Assembly (NCBI GenBank): GCA_050250255.1
Contig: JBFWOZ010000004.1
Span: forward strand, 32,001-96,000
Source: Bdellovibrionales bacterium
Lineage (GTDB): Bacteria > Bdellovibrionota > Bdellovibrionia > Bdellovibrionales > DASUEL01
Reading direction: 5' to 3'
DNA: 64,000 nucleotides
Every line of letters begins with the position of its first letter. Within the stretch, counting starts at the first letter, position 1. The notes under the pieces are model-generated. The model made no database searches and was not told where the DNA came from. It saw nothing but the letters and a program-made list of their open reading frames with translations. Positions 58,367 through 64,000 of this stretch are shown here, in pieces. The position numbers and the translations under genes were made by a program.

Positions 58367-59337
58367 TTTACCTCAACGACCCCTTCAGCTACGACAACAC
58401 CCACAACAATCTTTTTGGTCTCTGGGTTTTGAACTTTTACTAAGTCTCCAATGTATCCTTCATCTTGAGCCACACCCTTCATGCTAACAGACCAAACTTC
58501 ATGCCCTGAAGTCAGCACGACGTTTTGTCCACGATTAAGAGCGGGTTGTCTTTTCACTTGAGACTTCAAAAGAACTTGATTCGCTCGAACGGGTACCTTC
58601 AATACTAAGCCTACGATTTCTTTTTCGTCGGGGCTCGCATCAAGGGCAAAAGTCACATCGCGCTTACCCATGATAAAATCGTTTGGCTGAATACGGATTC
58701 CCGGTTGCAAATTATGAGAGATCACAGGAACCAATTTTTTCACCGACACTCTGCCAGAAAGCCAATAAACTTTTTTATTTTGATGAGGTTCAAAAATCTC
58801 AACCGCGATTTGGAAAGTCCCTCTAAGCCGCGAATAATCCGCACGAATTTCCCAGCGTCCCTTGGGAGAAAGTTCATCCATTGTAGGAACACGTAGCTCC
58901 ATGATTTCCACATCACAGCCGCTACAAGTTTCAGAAATACCGCTGACAAGCTTTTCTTTGACTTCAATTTCGGTAATTGATTGTCCCTTGCCGATAATAG
59001 TTATGGTTGCAGGAATTTGTAATTTCAGAGGAGCTTTTTCACTCGTCTCTGCCGACAGACCCACGCCTCGCATTCCCGATCTCAACGCTTCGGCAATACT
59101 GCTATTAGAAAACTGGCGCGACTCACCATAGGCAGGAGCATCTCCAAGGGGAACTGAACTTAATTGCTTTTTCTGCATCTCGCTCATTCCGTTAATTTCT
59201 GCCACATCGCCTAAAAATAAAGTTGGACCATTCACTCGTGATACTTCACGAATGATGATGCTGATCTGGCGAGCTTCAGCAGCGGTTGCCATGAGATAAA
59301 AAGCTAAAATGAGGAGGGGTTGAATCGCTGTTTTCAT
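58363..59337 (-). CDS. flgA: P-ring formation chaperone FlgA
   Basis: Signal peptide, LGDVAEI, SAF-like region, RGQ.V, G.A..G..GD.V.V.N. Confidence 0.85.
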   Translation of the reverse strand: MKTAIQPLLILAFYLMATAAEARQISIIIREVSRVNGPTLFLGDVAEINGMSEMQKKQLSSVPLGDAPAYGESRQFSNSSIAEALRSGMRGVGLSAETSEKAPLKLQIPATITIIGKGQSITEIEVKEKLVSGISETCSGCDVEIMELRVPTMDELSPKGRWEIRADYSRLRGTFQIAVEIFEPHQNKKVYWLSGRVSVKKLVPVISHNLQPGIRIQPNDFIMGKRDVTFALDASPDEKEIVGLVLKVPVRANQVLLKSQVKRQPALNRGQNVVLTSGHEVWSVSMKGVAQDEGYIGDLVKVQNPETKKIVVGVVVAEGVVEVK

Positions 59338-60122
59338 TATCTCAAATTATTAATGGTTTGTAACATCTGGTCTGCCGCCTGCATCGTCTTAGAGTTCGTC
59401 TCGTAAGCTCGTTGCGCCGTAATCATATTGACCATTTCTTCCACGATATTGACGTTGCTGGTTTCCAGCTGACCTTGAGCCAACGCACCCAATCCGTTTT
59501 CACCGGGGTTACCCTGTAAAGGAGCTCCACTCGCATTGCTCGGCATATACAAATTTTTACCTACGGATTTGAGGCCCGCTGGGTTTACAAAATTCACAAT
59601 TTGAATTTGTCCCAAAGTTTGAGGTTCTGGATTTTCCGCCACAATCACGGTCACCGTGCCCGAAGCACCGATATCAATACCACTTGTTCCTGGAGGAATA
59701 GTGATTTCTGGCTGAAGAACGTTTCCGTTTTTATCCATCAATCTACCGTTAGAATCTTTCTTGAAAGATCCATCACGTGTGTAGGCAATTTGTCCAGAGG
59801 GCAACTGCACTGGAAAAAATCCATTCCCTTCAATTTGAAGATCGAGAGCATTTTTTGTCATAGCCGCAGAGCCCATTTCAAAATCTTTAGTCACAGAAGC
59901 CGTACGCACCCCTAAACCCACTTGTACGCCAGTCGGCGATACGGAATTGGCCCCAGTTTGTGCGCCCGGTTCTTTCACTGTTTGATAAAGAAGATCTTCA
60001 AATTCGGCTCTGGATTTTTTAAAGCCCGAGGTGCTCACATTCGCGATGTTGTGAGAAATCACATCCATATTTGTTTGCTGTGCCTGCATTCCTGTGGCCG
60101 CTGTATTAAGTGCCTTAATCAT
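59337..60122 (-). CDS. flgG: Flagellar distal rod protein
   Basis: AATGM.AQQ, NIANV.T.GFK, FEDLLYQ, G.Q.G.GV, YTRDG, LE.SNVN.VEEMV.MI.AQRAYE.NSK. Confidence 0.96.
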   Translation of the reverse strand: MIKALNTAATGMQAQQTNMDVISHNIANVSTSGFKKSRAEFEDLLYQTVKEPGAQTGANSVSPTGVQVGLGVRTASVTKDFEMGSAAMTKNALDLQIEGNGFFPVQLPSGQIAYTRDGSFKKDSNGRLMDKNGNVLQPEITIPPGTSGIDIGASGTVTVIVAENPEPQTLGQIQIVNFVNPAGLKSVGKNLYMPSNASGAPLQGNPGENGLGALAQGQLETSNVNIVEEMVNMITAQRAYETNSKTMQAADQMLQTINNLR

Positions 60123-60132
60123 TCATTCCTCC

Positions 60133-60945
60133 TTACAACTTCGGAATCGTGTTAACGAGCTTGTCATTCATTTGGTCGTAAGCTTGAATAGCCTTCTGTA
60201 AGCTTTCAAATGTTCGTGTAGCCGAAATCATATCTGTCATTTCTTGGATCACGTTCACATTACTCATCTCAAGAGAAGCTTGGTGGATTTGTGAATCGGT
60301 CGCTGGAGTGAGCACAACCGGAACTGTGTCTAATAATTTATAATTAGAGGTTCCTACTTTTTGTAAGCCATCAAGATTAGAAACACTTACGAAAGAAAGA
60401 GCACCAACGCGGTTTACACCTTGGAATAACTCTCCTGTTTTCGTCACTCTTAAGTCACCACCCGGCTGCAGACGAATTTCTCTGCCAGCAGCAGCTGTTC
60501 CAGGAGCTCCAGGCTGAAGCACGGTAAAACCGTCCTTCGTGACAAGCCTGCCTTCTCCATCGACGGTAAAGGAACCATTTCTTGTTAAGCGCACACCTTG
60601 AGGAGTGCCAACTTCAAAAAAGCCGGAACCTTCGATAGCAAAATCCAAACTATTGCCAGTAGGTTTTACTGACCCTTGCTTGAAATCCGTATAGGAACGA
60701 TCAGTTTCAACATAACCCTTGTCAGCACCTTGCATGTTGTAGAAGCTTTCCGGTTCCGCTAAATTTTTTGGGACCTGAATCACTTCTGATGGACGCTCAT
60801 GAGAAGCGAGATACTCTTTAAAGATCTGGCTGTCTTTCTTAAAAGACGGTGTGTTCACGTTTGCGATATTGTTCGCAATTGTCTCGAGGCGAGAGTTTTG
60901 AGCCATTGCTCCACTGACGGCAGTAAAAATTCCCTTTGTACTCAT
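60133..60945 (-). CDS. flgF: Flagellar proximal rod protein
   Basis: ANNIANVNT..FK, TGN.LD.AI.G.GFF, TRNG.F, LE.SNVN...EM..MI. Precedes flgG. Confidence 0.88.
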   Translation of the reverse strand: MSTKGIFTAVSGAMAQNSRLETIANNIANVNTPSFKKDSQIFKEYLASHERPSEVIQVPKNLAEPESFYNMQGADKGYVETDRSYTDFKQGSVKPTGNSLDFAIEGSGFFEVGTPQGVRLTRNGSFTVDGEGRLVTKDGFTVLQPGAPGTAAAGREIRLQPGGDLRVTKTGELFQGVNRVGALSFVSVSNLDGLQKVGTSNYKLLDTVPVVLTPATDSQIHQASLEMSNVNVIQEMTDMISATRTFESLQKAIQAYDQMNDKLVNTIPKL

Positions 60946-60980
60946 AGACTAGACTCCTCTCTCATAACATCAATCAAGCA

Positions 60981-60996
60981 AGCAAGAGACGTTCCA
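60981..60996 (-). promoter_or_regulatory. Putative sigma54 promoter of flgF operon
   Basis: TGGAAC-GTCTC-TTGCT with GG-N10-GC spacing, 35 nt before the flgF ATG. Confidence 0.65.
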
Positions 60997-61111
60997 TGAC
61001 GCCTGGACCTCTCCTTTGGTCTATACAAATTTGTTGCGCTCAACCAATGAGAGCTCACCGCAAAGTGGTCTCGCCTTTTGTCGAGGGGAATAGAGAACTA
61101 CACCAAAATCT

Positions 61112-61125
61112 GTCAGATAATTGAC
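61112..61125. promoter_or_regulatory. FleQ-box-like enhancer site
   Basis: GTCAGATAATTGAC (GTCA-N6-TGAC), about 115 bp upstream of the sigma54 site. Confidence 0.45.
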
Positions 61126-61206
61126 GTGGGTCTAACGAATGATTTGACGGGACTTCGAAGCAAGAGATGATGACGAAAAATAAAAAAACTCAGATAATAA
61201 AAGGCT

Positions 61207-62157
61207 ATGAGAATGTTTTCTATTGTTCAGGTCTTCTCCTTGATGTTGGCTTGCGTGCTTCCTTGTGAGAGAAGCTCCGCTCAGCCCATGTGGGATTCTC
61301 AAAAGAAGTTGAACAAGCAAGCTTCCTATTCTCGCAGACAGACTGATCCTACCGTTATCACCTTCGAATACCCTGTGGAATACAATCTCGCTGTCCAAAA
61401 GTGGATTCAATTTTTTCAAGGAAATGGTCGCCGCGTTTTTTCGAGCTGGTTAAGTCGATCCAACAAATATCTTCCGGCCATACAAAAAGTTTTAGTTTCT
61501 GAAGGATTACCCGCAGATCTTGCGTACATGGTGATGATTGAGAGTGGTTTCATGCCTCACGCCACGAGTTCGGCAAAAGCCGTTGGTCCTTGGCAGTTTA
61601 TTAATGAAACCGGTGAGCGATACGGGCTTACTACAAATTGGTGGCTTGATGAGAGAAGAGACTTTGATAAAAGTTCGCGTGCGGCCGCAAAATATTTAAA
61701 ATACCTTCATTCTCTTTTTAACTGCTGGAATTTGGCCGCAGCTGGATACAATGCGGGCGAAAACAAAATCATTCGCCTGATGGACAAACATCAAACTCGA
61801 AGCTTTTGGCAACTCGCCAAAATCAGCTCTCTCGCAACAGAGACAAAAGATTATGTCCCAAAACTGATTGCCACCATGCTGATTGCGAAAGCTCCAGGCA
61901 TCTACGGTTTTCGTAATGTGAAATCACAGCAGCCCGTACGCTTTGAACATTTCCATGTTCCCGGAGGAACACGACTAGATCATCTTGCTCAAAGCATCGG
62001 CTTTCCGCCAGACACAATGAGAGAATTAAATCCCGAGCTGATTCGTGGATACATCCCGTTTCAGGTTACAGGGCGAAACATCCGTATACCCCATGGTTCT
62101 TCTGCTAGCGTGTCCGCTTTCGTGAGAAAGCAAGTCAGCACGACCGCGAGCATGTAA
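61207..62157 (+). CDS. Lytic transglycosylase (MltD-like SLT)
   Basis: IESGF, A.S.A.AVGPWQF, YGL, DERRD, AAGYNAGE, ETKDYVPK, LNPEL. Confidence 0.92.
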   Translation: MRMFSIVQVFSLMLACVLPCERSSAQPMWDSQKKLNKQASYSRRQTDPTVITFEYPVEYNLAVQKWIQFFQGNGRRVFSSWLSRSNKYLPAIQKVLVSEGLPADLAYMVMIESGFMPHATSSAKAVGPWQFINETGERYGLTTNWWLDERRDFDKSSRAAAKYLKYLHSLFNCWNLAAAGYNAGENKIIRLMDKHQTRSFWQLAKISSLATETKDYVPKLIATMLIAKAPGIYGFRNVKSQQPVRFEHFHVPGGTRLDHLAQSIGFPPDTMRELNPELIRGYIPFQVTGRNIRIPHGSSASVSAFVRKQVSTTASM

Positions 62158-62159
62158 GT

Positions 62160-63824
62160 TTATTTGTAGGTATTTGTATTATTACTTAATTCATCAGCTA
62201 GGCTTTTAAGATCCAACATTTTACCGTTTTTCACCTTACTATTCAAAGGCGCTTCAGTTCGCGCAGCTGCAACTAATAACTGTTCTAACTTTGCTGGTGA
62301 AATCGTAAATCCTTTTTTCTTTGCAAAGCTATACGCCAGTCCCGCAGCTCCCGCCACTAGAGGAGAAGACATAGAGGTTCCCTGACTGCGCTCATACTTG
62401 TTGTCGGGATAGGTAGAAAGCATACCAGATGTTCCCGGAGGGTGAGAGCCCGGCGCAGCTATTTCCACAAGACTTGTACTGTAATTTGTAAAAGCACTAT
62501 GCTCATATTGCCCGCTCGTAGGACTGTCCTCTGTGGACGCAACAGTCACAAGCCCATTGATCTCTGCTGAAAAAGAAGCTGGAGTTTGGAAGATCTTATT
62601 CGTTCCCGTATCACAACTGTTGTATGCATCTGCTTCTAAATTCGAAATTTCTCGCCCGTCATTCCCCGCGGCGGTCACGACAAATACACCTTTACTCACA
62701 GCATATTGAATGGCATCGCGTGTATTCACATCACGAGTACAACCACCGACACTTAAATTAATAACGTTCGCTCCGTTATCAGCTGCATAACGAATGGCAT
62801 TGTTTAAACGTGACGTTTGACCCTCAGGAGAATCACCAAACACATTCAGAGCCATGATCTTTGATCGAAGCCCCATCACACCTGTGCCACCCAACATATT
62901 ATTCCAACGAGCAGCTGCTAAACCGGCCACATGAGTACCATGCTCAGATCCGTCAATTGCCTCTTCATCGCCATCTTCGTCTGCATCATACATCCACTGC
63001 TGAGGGCGAGGATCACCAGTTTGAGAAACGAAGTTCCAACCTTCATAATCGTCAACATAACCGTTACAGTCGTCATCGCGAGCATTATCGGGAATCTCTT
63101 TTGTATTCACCCATGTGTTGCTGGATAAGTCTTGATGATCAAGATCCACACCGCTATCGATAATCGCAATGACTACATCAGAATTAATACCGGTCGAAGA
63201 GTCATAAAAAGTATCGTAGGCAAGAGACGAGCGAATCGCTGTATGATGTGTTTGGTCGTTAAAACGTGGATCGTTGGTGGTTGCCAATGTGTGATAAGTG
63301 ATGCCTTCTGCTAAAGAGACAAGACACTCATCGTTTTCTGCGATTTGATTGAGTTCTGTTAAAGAAAAAGCTTGTTCCGTAGAGTAGTCATAATATTTTA
63401 TTCGTTTCGCGGCCCGTGGATTTTCACAGTTTTCAATGACCGCTGCTACGAGAGGAGTTCCTTCAGGGATGATCACGTCTTCTTGCTGTACCCATTCGGA
63501 TAGTGCTTGCTGAGGTTTCATTGTTAAATCAAAAATTCGCTTTGGAGAAAGTGCGCCCCCTGCAGTGCGACCTTGATAATAAACTTTTGAACCGCGTTCC
63601 CAACGAAGCGTCTCCACCAGAGCGTTGGCTTCTAGAATTTTTGTTGTTGAGGTGGCCTGAGTTGTTGCGGGATTAGGAACACATTGAAGAGCCGCTGGCT
63701 CTTTCAACTTTTGAGAGATGAGTTTGCCAAAGATATCAGAGCCACATCCACTTAATAGAAATGGAAGCATTAATAGGACGGCCACTTCGGCGTGTCTCAT
63801 TCTGATACAAGTTCGATTGTTCAA
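62160..63824 (-). CDS. Subtilisin-family (S8) serine protease lipoprotein
   Basis: Lipobox LSGC, IIDSG, HGTHVAG, AAGN, GTSMSSP triad motifs. Confidence 0.93.
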   Translation of the reverse strand: MNNRTCIRMRHAEVAVLLMLPFLLSGCGSDIFGKLISQKLKEPAALQCVPNPATTQATSTTKILEANALVETLRWERGSKVYYQGRTAGGALSPKRIFDLTMKPQQALSEWVQQEDVIIPEGTPLVAAVIENCENPRAAKRIKYYDYSTEQAFSLTELNQIAENDECLVSLAEGITYHTLATTNDPRFNDQTHHTAIRSSLAYDTFYDSSTGINSDVVIAIIDSGVDLDHQDLSSNTWVNTKEIPDNARDDDCNGYVDDYEGWNFVSQTGDPRPQQWMYDADEDGDEEAIDGSEHGTHVAGLAAARWNNMLGGTGVMGLRSKIMALNVFGDSPEGQTSRLNNAIRYAADNGANVINLSVGGCTRDVNTRDAIQYAVSKGVFVVTAAGNDGREISNLEADAYNSCDTGTNKIFQTPASFSAEINGLVTVASTEDSPTSGQYEHSAFTNYSTSLVEIAAPGSHPPGTSGMLSTYPDNKYERSQGTSMSSPLVAGAAGLAYSFAKKKGFTISPAKLEQLLVAAARTEAPLNSKVKNGKMLDLKSLADELSNNTNTYK

Positions 63825-63856
63825 TCTAAGCTCCCTTGTGATTCATAGACATGAAT

Positions 63857-63872
63857 TGCAAGGTCGGGACCG
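63857..63872 (-). promoter_or_regulatory. Putative sigma54 promoter of the S8 protease
   Basis: CGGTCC-CGACC-TTGCA with GG-N10-GC spacing, upstream of the GGGAG SD. Confidence 0.4.
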
Positions 63873-64000
63873 AAACCTCTTTTTTCAAAAGGGATAAAAG
63901 GCTTCTCCTCCGTACCAATTTGAGCAGTGCCTAGCTATGAGACGGAGGAATCTGAGATGAATCCATAGAATAAATTAAATATCAATGATTTCAATAGGAT

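Noticed and set aside
1..64000. CRISPR arrays, tRNA/rRNA genes, integrases, transposases, reverse transcriptases, known defence systems
   Set aside because: None recognised by eye or in the ORF track. A tRNAscan/Infernal/DefenseFinder run would be needed to exclude them formally.

Overview
64 kb of AT-leaning bacterial chromosome, probably from a Bdellovibrionota-like predator. This is inferred from the TIGR02147/DUF4423 protein, the many orphan secreted proteins and the deltaproteobacterial-type flg-csrA-fliW cluster. The housekeeping backbone includes trmB, ggt, a CDF transporter, a metal ABC pair, leuS, speAB, a YegD-like Hsp70, dksA, xth, ahpC, gmhD, hppD-hmgA, a pan/coa operon, and the flgFGAHI-J-M-N-K-L-csrA-fliW flagellar cluster. 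No rRNA, tRNA, CRISPR array, integrase or transposase was recognised. Best leads: (1) an unannotated ~200-nt structured RNA between flgI and flgJ with 11 minus-strand GGA motifs, several in hairpin loops (CsrB/RsmZ-like), with further CsrA-type sites at flgN and csrA; (2) a five-gene cassette (PAS-like protein, XRE HTH, heme-oxygenase-like diiron enzyme, LuxI/FeeM-like acyltransferase, O-methyltransferase) that looks like a small-molecule signal synthesis and sensing circuit; (3) an unannotated 41-aa cationic hydrophobic peptide with a sequestered SD and 5'-3' fold-back (type I toxin-like); (4) a TIGR02147-headed array of secreted orphans ending in an R-STS-ExE ADP-ribosyltransferase-like protein; (5) two long inverted-repeat elements between convergent genes. 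All calls come from motif recognition by eye; no searches were run.
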